DNA of 64,000 nucleotides from Eledone cirrhosa (Eukaryota). A program made the translations under genes and the position numbers. This document shows, in pieces, positions 15,685 to 29,068 of this stretch. Location of the stretch: NCBI GenBank assembly GCA_964016885.1, contig OZ024751.1:49352001-49416000 (forward strand), given 5' to 3'. The notes under the pieces are model-generated. The model saw only the letters and a program-made list of their open reading frames with translations, was not told the DNA's origin and ran no database searches. The number at the start of each line of letters is the position of its first letter. Positions within the stretch are counted from its first letter, which is position 1.

Positions 15685-15847
15685 CTTACTGGTTCCTATT
15701 ACCCACTCTACTACCTCAAGTATTGAGTACTTTGGTGCGTTATGGTCCACCTGGTTCCTTACCACATTTCCTTCGTTATATATATATATATATATTTTGT
15801 GTATATATATATATATATATACACAAATATATACATATATATATATT

Positions 15848-15886
<39 letters not shown>

Positions 15887-16046
15887 GTATATTTATATAT
15901 ATACATACATGCACACATATATATATGTACATATGGATTCACCGAACATTTATTATAATGCTCGGTGTGTTTGTAAACAAACGTCCCGTATTAAGCCGTA
16001 GTGTCTAGCAACCATCGTTACTCGTTTGTTCAACACTGACAAAGGA

Positions 16047-16089
16047 ACGCTGTACTAGTTTCAAGATTATTAGCTATCGTCAGCAACGT
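16047..16089 (-). ncRNA. Minimal type I hammerhead ribozyme
   Basis: Minus strand reads acgttg-CTGACGA-tagctaataatctt-GAAA-ctag-TA-cagcgt. Confidence 0.78.
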
Positions 16090-16308
16090 ATACCTTCCTG
16101 CCAGATTGTTGAACGTATATACTTACCTTATGCATATTAACGGCTGAGTAGCCCAATTTGCATATCGATTGGGTTAATCGGCCGGGTGCACCGAAAACGC
16201 TAAACGGAAAAAATGAAACGAAATTTCTTTTCCGACTCTTAGTACGGCTGTTACTTTTAAATATAAGTATGTACACGTACATACATATATGTATACAGAC
16301 GTACATTA

Positions 16309-16371
<63 letters not shown>

Positions 16372-16584
16372 CATGCACACATATATATATGTACGTATGG
16401 ATTCACCGAACATTTATTAAAATGCTCGGTGTGTTTGTATACCTTCCTGCCAGATTGTTGTACGTATATACTTACCTTATGCATATTAACGGCTGAATAG
16501 CCCAATTTGCATATCGAGTGGGTTAATCGGCCGGGTGCACCGAAAACGATCTGGCATACGTTCAACAATCTGGCAGGAAGGTAT

Positions 16585-16628
16585 ACGTTTGCTGACGATA
16601 GCTAATAAGCTTGAAACTAGTACAGCGT
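16585..16628 (+). ncRNA. Minimal type I hammerhead ribozyme
   Basis: acgtttg-CTGACGA(16592-16598)-t agct aata agct t-GAAA(16613-16616)-ctag-TA-cagcgt; palindromic ctag. Confidence 0.8.
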
Positions 16629-16921
16629 TCCTTTGTCAGTGTTGAACAAACGAGCAACGATGGTTGCTAGACACTACGGCTTAATACGGAATGTTTGTTT
16701 ACAAACACACCGAGCATTATAATAAATGTTCGGTGAATCCATACGTACATATATATATGTGTGCATGTATGTATATATATATACATACTACTGTACGTCT
16801 GTATACATATATGTATGTACGTGTACATACTTATATTTAAGTAACAGCCGTACTAAGAGTGGGAAATGAAATTTCGTTTCATTTATACATATATATTTAT
16901 ACATATATTCGTTTCATTTAT

Positions 16922-16977
<56 letters not shown>

Positions 16978-17014
16978 CGTTTCTGGATTTTTTTAGCAAG
17001 ACTCTTGCTATATG

Positions 17015-17053
<39 letters not shown>

Positions 17054-17578
17054 GTCTGTATACATATATGTATGTACGTGTGTATATATATATATATATA
17101 GATATATAGATGATGAATGGCGTGCTGCGTTGTTGTGGATGTGATACATATGAATTAAAAAATAGAGTAAGAAGCTAGGACTAACCGTCATCAGTGATCG
17201 TCTGGTCATCATAGCTATTTCTTCGCATTAAAGACTAGATACCTCAGGACAGCGCGAGCAATAACTAAATAAAATTGGGTGGAGAAAGAGAGACATGTAA
17301 ACAAACAAGAATGGTAAGGCAATGCAAAGGGTGAAAAATCAAGTCAGTGATACAAGTGAACATAAGATCTGGCGAATCATTGACGAGAACACGAAAGACG
17401 CATTCGAGCCATGTGAAATGTGAGCAAGAAAAGAATTTCACACAGGTCAGACGAGTGGGTGTGAGAGAGGGTGAGTAGCAGAGAGTGAGTGAATGATATA
17501 TATGTATATATATAGAAGATCCCGTTAATGGTGAAAGCAGCGATTCTTTGCTTAAACTTTAATCTTTTATTTTAATAA

Positions 17579-17644
<66 letters not shown>

Positions 17645-17646
<2 letters not shown>

Positions 17647-18766
17647 GCTCCTTACCCTTAAAGGGTACAACCCCAGTAGTACAGACCGGGTCCGTAAACA
17701 ATTAATCAGCTTCTTCCGCGACTGGGGATTTAAAATGACCCTACAAACGTCCCTGACCCGCGTAAACTTCCTGGACGTTACCCTTGACCTCGATAATGAT
17801 CTGTACTACCCATACAGGAAACCCAACGACAACCTGCACTACATCCACCGCCGGTCAAACCATCCTAGTAACATCACCAATAACCTGGTTAAAAACATCT
17901 CCCTCCGCATATCTCGTTTGTCCGCTAATGAGCAGATATTCGAGGAGCATGCGCCTTATTACAACCAGGCCCTAAAGCGGAGTGGTTTCCGGGGGGAAAT
18001 ATCCTACTGTCCAGCTTCCATTAGCGGAACCAGCAGGCGACACCGCCGCTCACGCAATGTAACATGGTTCAATCCTCCTCACAACGCCGAGGTGACAACT
18101 CCTATCGGGAAAATCTTCTTTAGGGTCATCGAAAAACACTTCCCACTACAACACCGCTACCACAACATAATCAACAAAAATACCATCAAACTCTCCTACA
18201 GCACCACACCAAACTTTGCACAAAACATCGTCTCCTCTAACAACAAAAAACTTAACTCCTATGGAAGAAATAACCTAAATAGCAGTGGAGAGCCGACCAG
18301 GAGGTGCAACTGTCCTGACGGATCCATTTGCCCCCTCGACAACAGATGCAGAGATCGTAATGTGATCTACCAGTGCAACGTGAGGACGGACACCTCAAAC
18401 AAAGCTTATATAGGATTAACCGCATGTGACTTCAAGACCCGGCTATACCAACACAGACATACTTTTCGAAACCCGGCCCGGCGTCACGCCACCACACTTT
18501 CGGGACACAACAGGGACCTCAAAGATAACAATATTACCTATGATCTCACTTGGAGCTTACTGTCCAGAGCCAACTCTTACACGGGAGGACGCCGTCCGTG
18601 CAATTTATGCCCGGAGGAAACTTTACAAATGGTGTTTTCGACAGACCAACTCCTAAACAAAAAAGACGAACTGGTAACTGCATGCAAACACAGATTGCGT
18701 AGGACTTACCTCGCCCTCAAACCCCATAATGACCCGGGGGGGGGGGGGGGTAGACAAGGGCTGTAA
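17645..18766 (+). CDS. PLE reverse transcriptase C-terminal part plus GIY-YIG endonuclease (N-terminally truncated)
   Basis: The frame is open from 17645 (GLLTLKG..., typical just after RT YRDD). PLE motifs VNFLDVTL, YRKP, HRRSNHP, WFNPP, IKLSYS. Cys linker CNC-x5-CPL-x3-C. GIY-YIG as NVIYQC...AYIGLT...FKTRLYQH. C-terminal CNLC..E, LLNK, CKH. Confidence 0.9.
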
Positions 18767-19017
18767 CACTCCACTTGCCGACTTTGTAATGGGTAACCCC
18801 TGCTTGCAAGGGTAGACGTAAGATCTTTTATATCTTTTTATCGTTTCCTCTATATTTCCTTCTTCCTCACATCCCTTCCTAGTCCTTCCTCCCCAGTCCT
18901 TCTTCTTTGTCGTCATCCTTTTCATTTTCTCGCCCACCCGAGGCAGCCCCTCGGTCCTTTGTAGCCTCAGTACCCCCACCCCCCATGCCCTATTCTATGA
19001 TAGAATTGGCCGACTCC

Positions 19018-19095
19018 GCTTTTTATAGCAGATGTGATAGACCCCAGATACTTGCTTTTTATAGCAGATGTGATAGACCCCAGATACTTGCTTTC
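19018..19095 (+). repeat. 36-bp tandem duplication in the PLE 3'UTR
   Basis: atagcagatgtgatagaccccagatacttgcttt at 19025 and 19061. Confidence 0.9.
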
Positions 19096-19923
19096 TTATC
19101 CGATGGCTGCCCCATTTCCGTGCTTTCGACATTTGTTAGTGGTATCTCTGCTTTAATTTCTCGTATATCAGCATTTTTTTTTTTGGGGGGGGGTTCTGAA
19201 TTAATTTTCCGTATCAAATTTTTCATATACCTCGTACGAGCATTTATGTAGTTTGCACTAGAATTTTTGTATCGTAGCGGCACCCTTAGAGATAGTATTA
19301 GTATTCATTTTCGGGATTCTGTATTATTATTTCGTATTAGTTTATGTTTTGCACTGGGTGGTTGCTGGCCTTGTGCCTAGGGTAGAAACATTTATTTCGT
19401 ATTAGTTTCGGGATTCTGAATTATTATTTCATGATAGTTTCTTTAGTATTTTGGCCCCCCACTTGTTGACCTGTCACCGTAAGATATACTCGGTTGATTA
19501 CTACTAACTCTTAAAATGGTCTCATTACAATTCCGTCCCACCTAGTAAACTTTTCTATAGTTTAGCAGTACCAGTGAGAGACTTGATGACTGTCGTTAGG
19601 GAATAGTAACCAGAAATTGTTTTTTTTTTGTTTTTTAAAATATTTTTAACTTTCTTGGTATTCTTCTATATATTTACTCCATATTGATTTACTTATTGTT
19701 TCGACTTCCTCCCCCTCCCCCTCCCTAGTATATTTGCTTGATCTCCTGCCCTGCTGTAGTTGGCACTATCAACGCACGACTGGGTTTCCTCCACTCCCTC
19801 TCCCTCCATCTTCTACTGGCAGGTTCAGCTACCCCTCCACAAATTGCCATGATAGAATTATGTGTCTCAACAACAAACTTTTGACCGATCCTTGTGACAA
19901 TCACTTTTACCATATATGGTATT

Positions 19924-20017
19924 ACCCCCTGAGAAGCTCGGCTATTCATATACCAGGATAACAATTTTCATTTAGTCCAGAATTAGCCGTCGAAACGGCT
20001 TGAGCTCAGCCGTCGGT
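19924..20017 (+). ncRNA. Hammerhead of the ORF-bearing PLE; probably degraded (C3.A8 mismatch, short stem I)
   Basis: acccc-CTGAGAA(19929-19935)-g..cggcta...tagccg.c-GAAA(19992-19995)-cggc ttgagctca gccg-TC-ggt. Confidence 0.7.
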
Positions 20018-20110
20018 CACCTACTCGTTCCTATTACCCACTCTACTACCCTAAGTATTGAGTACTTTGGTGCGTTATGGTCCACCTGGTTCCTTACCAC
20101 ATTTCCTTCG

Positions 20111-20193
<83 letters not shown>

Positions 20194-20934
20194 CAAAGGA
20201 TATTTAATTCAGCTTGAAATATATAATAGAATAAATATGGTTTTATAAATATAGTTTTCCATTTATTAATATCCTTGATATATATATATATAAATAAATA
20301 TATATATATATATCTATATATATATATATACGTATGTATGCATTTACATCCGTATGCTGATAAACAGATGCTTACAATCATATATTCATACATGCACACA
20401 TATAAACATATTCTCCCTTAAATACACAGAGCCACAACGCACGTACATTTATACATACATCCACCTATTATGTCTGACTGAAGCATGAATTATTAGAGGA
20501 AGGAAGTAATTATAATAATTAGTACTTTATTTAATTTTCCAAATTGACGTTCGATATCCAGCAGTCTCCTCGCTTTTGTTTCTAATAAATGAAATTTGGC
20601 GAAGATTTTCCAGATCATTCCCAAAATTACCTCAATTCCCATCGTGATATTAATGTTGCATATAAAGCTTAGTAATATGCATTTACAAAAATAGGAAAAA
20701 AATAATCTTTTTGAATGTAAGACAGAGAATGAGAGAGAGAGAGAGAGAGTGAGAGAAGGAGTGTGAATGAGTCACAGAGAGGGACAGATAGAGAAATAGA
20801 GATATGAAGAGAGACATAGAGAGGAAAGGCGACAGCTTTAGCGCTTTGAACAGAGAGAAAGAGAGAGAAAGAAGAGAGGATAAGATGGAAGTGGGTGATT
20901 GCAACTGGACAACAACACTTTTTCAATATATATG

Positions 20935-20969
<35 letters not shown>

Positions 20970-21193
20970 ATTTGTGTGTGTATGTGCGTGTGTGTACGTG
21001 TGTTTGTGTGTTTCTATGTATACAAATATAGAGATGAATATGCATATATATATATACATGTATGTGTGTAAGGCTCTTCCTCTCATATATATATATATAT
21101 ATTATATATATATATATTATATAGAAATATGCATATATATATATATTGTATACATGTATCTGTCTAAGTCTCTCTCTCTCTCATCTCTCTCTC

Positions 21194-21261
<68 letters not shown>

Positions 21262-21884
21262 ATATATATATATATATATATAAATGTGAGTAGGTTGTTT
21301 GTGCATAATTCGTTATTTGTAATTTTTAATGGCACGGTAATTATCTCAGTTAATTTGGATTCTTTGTATGGTCCATCCTATAAAACTTAATTGTAGTAAC
21401 ACATGTTATCATCACATTTTCAGTGCAGTCAGAATCTTTCTTAGTTAAAGAGATAGATTTTTTTGTGGGAATTTTTTTTGTTTATACAGTATTCATTTAT
21501 AGACTTAGCATCCAAATCACCCATCTCCAACCCTCTACGTAGCACATTGCTATACTATTCCTCTCTCATGTATATTATCAGCATTTTTTCACACACAATT
21601 ATTATTGAAAGACGTCAATGGCTGAATGAAAAGAATGAGAGCAAAAAATAAGCGAATGAAGAAGTTAATTAAACGTCAGTAAGACAAAGAAAACAAACAA
21701 GAAAATAAAAAACGGTGTTGAGGGTGGGGACAAATTAATATACAAAAGGAAACCCAGTTGTTGAAGATATTTAGAAAGTAACAAAACAAACAGTTTTAAT
21801 AGCGTTAACACCGTTAATAACATTTTTGGAAGCCATTGTTTTCAAACAAATTTTAATTACATATATACGTTTATATATATATAT

Positions 21885-21983
<99 letters not shown>

Positions 21984-22045
21984 TCATATAGTAGTTATAA
22001 GAAATTCAATGTGCATATAAATCGGTATATATCTATGCATGTATG

Positions 22046-22079
<34 letters not shown>

Positions 22080-22461
22080 TGTATGGATATATTTATGTAT
22101 GTGTGGCATGTATGCATGTATGTATGTATAGCATGTATGGATGTATATATCTATATAGATGTGAGTGTGGTGATTTTGTTTGTTTTAATGTATCGATTGC
22201 GTGATGAAACAAAACGTTTCTTTGAGAACCATTCTGCGTGTGTGCCTTTTCAGGAATTATCTATACGACAAGCAGTAATTTTACATCTGACCTAAGAGTG
22301 TAGCTAATTAGTTTTCAGTGAAACTTTTTTACTTTTACTTCTACAGACTTGTATCTCTTCATACAATATCTGTTCGGTTGAAGAAGAGAAGAAAACTAAC
22401 TTCTCTCGACAATTTACCAAACGCAGACAACAAATATACAACAATAAAACTAAATAACTAA

Positions 22462-22609
<148 letters not shown>

Positions 22610-23416
22610 GGAAAGTTAAAATAAGGAGAAAACCTAGATGGATGTAATAATTGAAAAGAAGTATGGTAAGAAAAGACGAAGGATTGAAAGAACGACATTG
22701 AGAAACCAATAAAGAAAAATGAAGGCAATGATGTTTTTGAATGAATGCAATATCCCTTATCTGTTTGCCAGTAAGTGATCTGCGCTTTTGCTTAACCGTG
22801 AGAATATACGAAAACAATTAGTTGTATGTATATAGAAATGCATTCATCTACACATAAACACTCTCACAAATATATAGACAGCGTCTATATCAACATCACC
22901 ATATGGATACAATGATGTTCCATCATAGAGAAAGAATGTCCTTTTTGGAGGTCGCTTGTTTTCGCTTGTTTTCGTGCCAATGGAGAATGGACACTTTTGT
23001 GTTGGAATTGAGTTTTAATTGCTGATAGTGCTGACTACAATACACAATATATACAAGTATTTATTCAACCATATTTCTTCTTTGCAAGCAGCATAAACGC
23101 GATAGGAGTTAGCATAAAGAAGCTATTTTCTTATCATTGTTCGTTGTTTGTTGGCTTAACAGGCGATAACTTGAGTGTTTTCAAAGATACCGTCGTTGAC
23201 ATCATATAGAGAGAAATAAACGGCGAGTTGGTTGGGGATACATAGTGTATGAGAAACAAAAATGTTGGCCTCTGTTTTAACGTTCACTATAATACAATTT
23301 CTGTAATTTAGAGAAGGAAATTATGTACGCATGTTTCATGCTAATTGAATAACAGTACACACATCTATATACACATTTATATATATGTATGTGTGTGTGT
23401 ATGTATGCATATATTA

Positions 23417-23477
<61 letters not shown>

Positions 23478-23629
23478 GAACAAAGTGCCGGGTTGGAAGT
23501 ATCCTTTTAAAGTTTCAATGTAGAAAGAAACACTATATATATCAATGGGCTGGTTACATAATATCCTCCTGGCGACATCATTGGCTTCAGATTGCATAAT
23601 AAGTTAACCAATATATACATAGGCACACA

Positions 23630-23681
<52 letters not shown>

Positions 23682-24025
23682 AGGGACAACAAAATACCGT
23701 TATAGGTAATCCAGTTCTGAAAACTTCTTACTATGGACAGTTTTAGCGTACAGCGTTGTTTGACTCAACAAGAGGTTTACGTAGATGGCGAATTTATGAT
23801 TTCACTTGTATTCCTATGTAAGTGTATCTTGGAGTAATAACATTGAAAAAGTGAAGAATAACATGGTCTACAGTACAAAAAAGGTAGGATATGAAACGCA
23901 TTGCAATGATTGCACAGAGGCTGTCGACTTACCTAGAAGTGTCATTAGAACTTAGGACATTTGTTTCGAAAACGTGTACTCTATGTACATATATGTATAT
24001 ATATATACGTATCTATGTGTATATT

Positions 24026-24140
<115 letters not shown>

Positions 24141-24157
24141 GTATCTATGTGTATATT

Positions 24158-24239
<82 letters not shown>

Positions 24240-24592
24240 GAGAACAAATCTGTTGTCTTATTTAGCTGGTAAATTTAGTGGCGAGGTAGAAAATGCGTCT
24301 ATGTTTACTTACGCTTCTACTATGGGCTGGTTCATTCATGCATAGGTCAAGTTTTCGGCCCCATTCGATCCTGTGCTAGCTAGCAGATGGCAATATATTT
24401 TGACGTTCCTTGTCCTAGGAAAGGAAAATGCTCTCTGATGATCTAAACTTTTCCATTGGAAGTCCCTAGGGATCTCCAATCTTTTGGGAAGTGAAACCGT
24501 CGGTAAAAGCAAAGGGAATAGGTAAATATTTAAATTATATATTTTAATTTATTTTAAAAAATTGTTTGAATCTTGGTTGCTCCGCTTATCTC

Positions 24593-24595
<3 letters not shown>
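24240..24595 (+). mobile_element. (TA)n-flanked HHR-bearing fragment, probable PLE pLTR
   Basis: Complex sequence between TA tracts containing the HHR-like motif at 24429-24511. Confidence 0.55.
24429..24511 (+). ncRNA. Putative type I hammerhead with long stem II
   Basis: tgctct-CTGATGA(24435-24441)-long hairpin (ttcca ttgga..tccctaggga..tccaa..tgggaa)-GAAA(24493-24496)-ccg t cgg-TA-aaagca. One mismatch in stem I. Confidence 0.6.
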
Positions 24596-24659
<64 letters not shown>

Positions 24660-24918
24660 CTTGCTGAAGGTCCGCTGCAGCCCTAATAGCCAACTCTCCG
24701 CATACAACACTTTTAATAACACCAATTGCAGAATGTTGCACAGAAAGGAATTTAATACTGACGTATTACTACCAAAATACTGTCATCTTACTCACTAATT
24801 AACTGTTGTGTACACTCTGGAAGATAGCTTGCATTTTCTCACTTGCATGCTCATTATCACATTCAGTCAATGATTTGTGTCCGAAGCTAGCTGATATAAA
24901 TTAAATGACCTTCATGTA

Positions 24919-24966
<48 letters not shown>

Positions 24967-25219
24967 TAGAGAGAGAGAGAGGGGGGCGGAGAATAGGAAA
25001 ATGCGAAGTAGTTTCAGATGTTAAAGTCCTTTAATGATAATGCTGTGATACATATTTCAATGACGATCGTTGGCACACGATTCCGTGTGCCCAATGCCAT
25101 AACATCATCAGACAGCTTCTTACATAATAGGGTTACGTTCCCGAGGCAATCCAAACTGAATCGACAATGGAACGGACAAAGCGGGTGTTCTTGAATCCTT
25201 CGGCCGTTCCCTTATAATT

Positions 25220-25597
25220 CATCATCATCATCATTTTACGTCCGCTTTTCCCTGCTTGCAAGGGTGGGACGGGACCTGATTCTGGCTTGATTTCTACAGC
25301 TGGATGCCCTTCCTAACACCAACCTCATTTACAGTGAGTGCTGGGTGTCTTTTTTCCCGTGGCGCCTACACCTCCACTTTACAGTGTGGGCTGGGTGCTA
25401 TTATGCTGTGGCACCTCCACGACCACTTTGCAGTGGAATGATAGGGACCCCAGTCCTATCATCTCATTTCTACAGCTGAGTAAACTGGAGCAATGTGAAA
25501 TAAAGTGTCTTGCTCAAGGAAACAACACATCACCCGGTCTGAGAATTGAACTCACAACCTTTCGATTGCAAGGCCAATGCTCTAACCACTAAGCCAT
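25220..25597 (-). mobile_element. tRNA-derived SINE family B, near full length
   Basis: The minus-strand head tggcttagtggttagagc...gagttcaattctc is followed by the cttgagcaagacactttatttcac block, the ggaagggcatccagctgtagaaa motif and a (TGA)n tail. Confidence 0.75.
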
Positions 25598-26426
25598 GTA
25601 TATATATATACATATATGTACATATGGCAGAGATTCGAAACAAATGTTCAAAGTTCTAACGACACTTCTAGGTAAGTCGACAGCATCCGTGCAATCATTG
25701 CAATGCGTTTCAAATCCTACCTTTGACGCTGGCACAGAAACCAATCACTTTGTCACTATTAGTGAAGTTATAATATTTATCTTTAGACACTAACGTATTG
25801 ATATGTGAGAGAAAAGAAAATGTTGAACTTGACATATATAGATAAGAATGCTCCCCGCTATTTCTTGTGAGAGGAGGGTTCGTTATTATTCATGATTGGT
25901 GTGTATTTCTTTTTTTCTTTTTTTTCGCAAATAAACTAATAATGTCAGTTATCAGATGACTATGATGAGATATTACATTAACTGCTGACATGAAAGTTTT
26001 AAGGTATTTTGAACAATAATGATTAAATATAGGAACTTACAATTTCTTATCTTTGGCTGAATTTCAATGCGAAACACTTGCTTTTAAAACATTTTATCTT
26101 TTGTTTTCGCAAACTAGCGTGTTTTTATATTTTGTCTATTGTTTCATTCCCCCATCTTTGTTCTAGTTTATTGTAAGGACCTATTGTAGATATTCAGAGG
26201 CCGGGAGTTTAGGGAATGGTAGAACCGTTAAAATGTCTGTCTTTTTCCGCAGAATAGAAATTGTAGTCCAATCTCTCCTATCGTTAGAGTTTATTGTATT
26301 GACCAATTGTAGATCCCCGCAAGCTGGTAGTGTAGAGGATGGTAAAATCGTTCAAATTTCCACCTTTTTCCATAGATTGTAGGCGCATGACTTAGTGGTT
26401 GAAGCATTGGGGTGCAATCAAAAGTT

Positions 26427-26881
26427 TATAATGTATTAATGTAATGTTATATTGTATAGTGTAAAATATAAATGTATGTACCATATGAAAAGTATGCTAT
26501 TTATAAAACTTTCATTATATTTGGTATCAAGAGATATCTAGAGAACATGCCTTATATATATAGTTTGTGTAATCTCAAATTTTACTGTAGGTGACTTGAT
26601 TCAGGGACATTTAAAAACCATTGTCATAGTGAAGGCGCATGGCTTAGTGGTTAGAGCATTGGGCTTGCAATCGAAAGGTTGTGAGTTCAATTCTCGGACC
26701 GAGTGATGTGTTGTTTCCTTGAGCAAGACACTTTAATTCACGTTGCTTCAGTTTACTCAGCTGTAGAAATGTAGATGATAGAACTGGGGTCCCTATCATT
26801 AAATCACCCAAGACACCCCTAACGAGATATACCTTGGTGGAGGCCAGCTAAATCTGCATAGGTGTGAGCTGTCACACACAC
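26427..26881 (+). repeat. ~450-bp composite repeat (AT-rich segment + SINE B head + tail); inverted paralog at 45697-46176
   Basis: Near-identical reverse complement between the two loci. SINE head at 26631-26772. Confidence 0.8.
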
Positions 26882-27186
26882 CCTTTCCATAGAACAGTGA
26901 CTATAGCACAATCTTACATCGGTATTCACTCTGTTAAACATACACAAATTCTTGTTGTTTCTGAGTTTGAAACAAGCGACAAATTAATTCTCCCCATCAA
27001 CAAGAAGAACTATTCTATCAGATAGTCTTGCACAGTTTCAATGTATATAACTCATTATACTGACAGGGCTTCGTTGGATCAGAAGCTGTGGTAGATGGAA
27101 TTTGTATAATGTAGTACATAGAAAATTATTTTTTCATTTCATATATAAATATATATATATATATATAAATATTTATATATATATAT

Positions 27187-27406
<220 letters not shown>

Positions 27407-28247
27407 TTCTATTACGATTATCTTAAAAGATAATTTTTAATACTTTTTCGGTGTTTTTTTCTTATTTGTTTGCTGTTGTTTTTTGTTTGTTTTTTGTTTT
27501 GTATATCTGAATTAATATTTAGCAACTAGATTGATAATAAAAATAAATCATCCAAACCCCCGTCCCCACTATCAAATTCTCATTTGAGAGTTATTTTTGT
27601 TATGAAACAAATCTAAAATTAGAAGCTACTATAATTTATATACTGGAGAATACTGGAGATTATTATTTTTGTTTTAACACACTATATATTTTCACAAATA
27701 TATGCTCAGCCTATGTTATGATTGATATTTTCTCGAAAATAATTTTGCATTATCGATTTCTAACTTAGAAACAATGTCTCTGATTATATAGAAAAGCAAA
27801 ATCTTAAGGTTTCTCAACACTACCCTTGAAAGAACACGGCAAAGTCAGCCGTTGCAGTATTTAATTCCCGAACGTAGAGTTATATCGAATAATACTTGCC
27901 TCTTCAGTCTTCATCCTTCTGGGGTTTTTTTTATTTCTTCTTCTCCTTCTTCTTCTTCTTCTTCTTCTTCTTTTTCTTCTTCTTCTTCTTCTTCTTCTTC
28001 TTCTTTATTTTATTACATGTAGAGCAGATCATTGGCAGATACGGTACACTGTTGAAAGATTGCAGAAAATGTCTCTTTTAATTCTGAGTTCGAATTCCGT
28101 CGATGACATCCTTCTTTTCCGTCCTGTGGGAATAGATCATTTTAAATATTTAATCGACTTTTTATCCCCAAATTACTGGCCTTTTCCCTATAGTACAAGT
28201 CGTTATTACTATTATTTAAATTACTTCAGGATATGTATTATATATAT

Positions 28248-28410
28248 TTGGCAGTATCGGTAGAGGTTCGGACGCCATGCTTTACGGTCTGAGTTCAAAT
28301 CCCGTCGAGGTTAACTTTTCCTTTCATCCTTACGGAGTCGATAAAATAAAGTACCAGTAATGTACTCGGTAAATGCTGGCCTTGTGCCAAAAGTAGAAAC
28401 AATTATTATA
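28248..28410 (+). mobile_element. SINE family A copy
   Basis: tggcagtatcggtagag...gagttcaaatcccg...cctttcatccttacggagtcgataaaataaagtaccag...agtagaaacaatta. Confidence 0.8.
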
Positions 28411-29012
28411 ATAGCTCTAACATTGGTAAAAGCAACACGTGTTGGATAGAGCGTATAAAGGATTACATTGGCCGGGTATTTCATTTGCACTGTTTTATTG
28501 ACATTGGAAGGTCTAGGTTCAAATCCCGCCGATTTCGTTAATGTTTGAGAATGTAATTAAATATCACAAAATATTTTTGCCAAAGTTTTAACGTGAAGTA
28601 ATGAAACATATATAATTTACTTGGATGTGTACAAACCAAATCTCTTATATGTTCTTCTCAAAATTTTACAGAAAAATTGTCTGGTCACATTAACACAGTG
28701 CATAACAAAAATTAAACGGCTTAAATAAAATGATTATACAAGAAGATCTGTCAAAATATTTCATTAAAGATATTTATTCTCAACATAGAAAAAATTAACG
28801 TTGATTTCCATTAAAGTCGATGTTAGTTTTTTTTAATGATGTGAGAATTAATGAAAATCATGTGATGATGTAAAGAATTATTACGCAACGAATACTATTA
28901 TTTTCTAAGGTTCGGCAACTACGGGGAAAATAATCAGGCATGTTTCTGTTTTATTATGAAATCATCTATGACTCATAGGCATCACCGTATCCTTTGTTTG
29001 TTGTCTCCTTTA

Positions 29013-29065
<53 letters not shown>

Positions 29066-29068
<3 letters not shown>

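Larger units (their letters stand above)
14223..15778 (+). mobile_element. Non-coding / 5'-truncated PLE copy with a ~515-bp inverted 5' pLTR, inserted in (TA)n; relative of the element at 17645-20113
   Basis: 14223-14737 is the reverse complement of about 15143-15699. 14830-15778 is homologous to 19183-20113. The 3' terminus cctggttccttaccacatttccttcgt(ta)n is shared. Confidence 0.85.
15900..16885. mobile_element. HHR-bearing PLE pLTR remnants in inverted and partially duplicated arrangement, interrupted by (TA)n
   Basis: 15905-16120 is the reverse complement of about 16558-16775. 16091-16199 is duplicated at 16438-16548. 16220-16305 is inverted relative to 16790-16885. Confidence 0.75.
17645..20113 (+). 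mobile_element. 5'-truncated Penelope-like retroelement (Hydra-clade-like, C-terminal GIY-YIG), inserted in (TA)n
   Basis: RT-thumb/GIY-YIG ORF, about 1.35-kb 3'UTR with an HHR, and (TA)n on both sides. Confidence 0.88.

Noticed and set aside
17150-17200. Minus-strand CTGATGA (also about 1197-1204) as a hammerhead
   Set aside because: No properly placed GAAA or closing stems; likely truncated.
18764-19000. Selenoprotein/SECIS readthrough as in Naiad PLEs
   Set aside because: The ORF has no in-frame TGA, ends in TAA, and has a C-terminal rather than N-terminal endonuclease.
26631-26705. tRNA gene
   Set aside because: It has A and B boxes but no complete cloverleaf, and it continues into a multi-copy SINE body.
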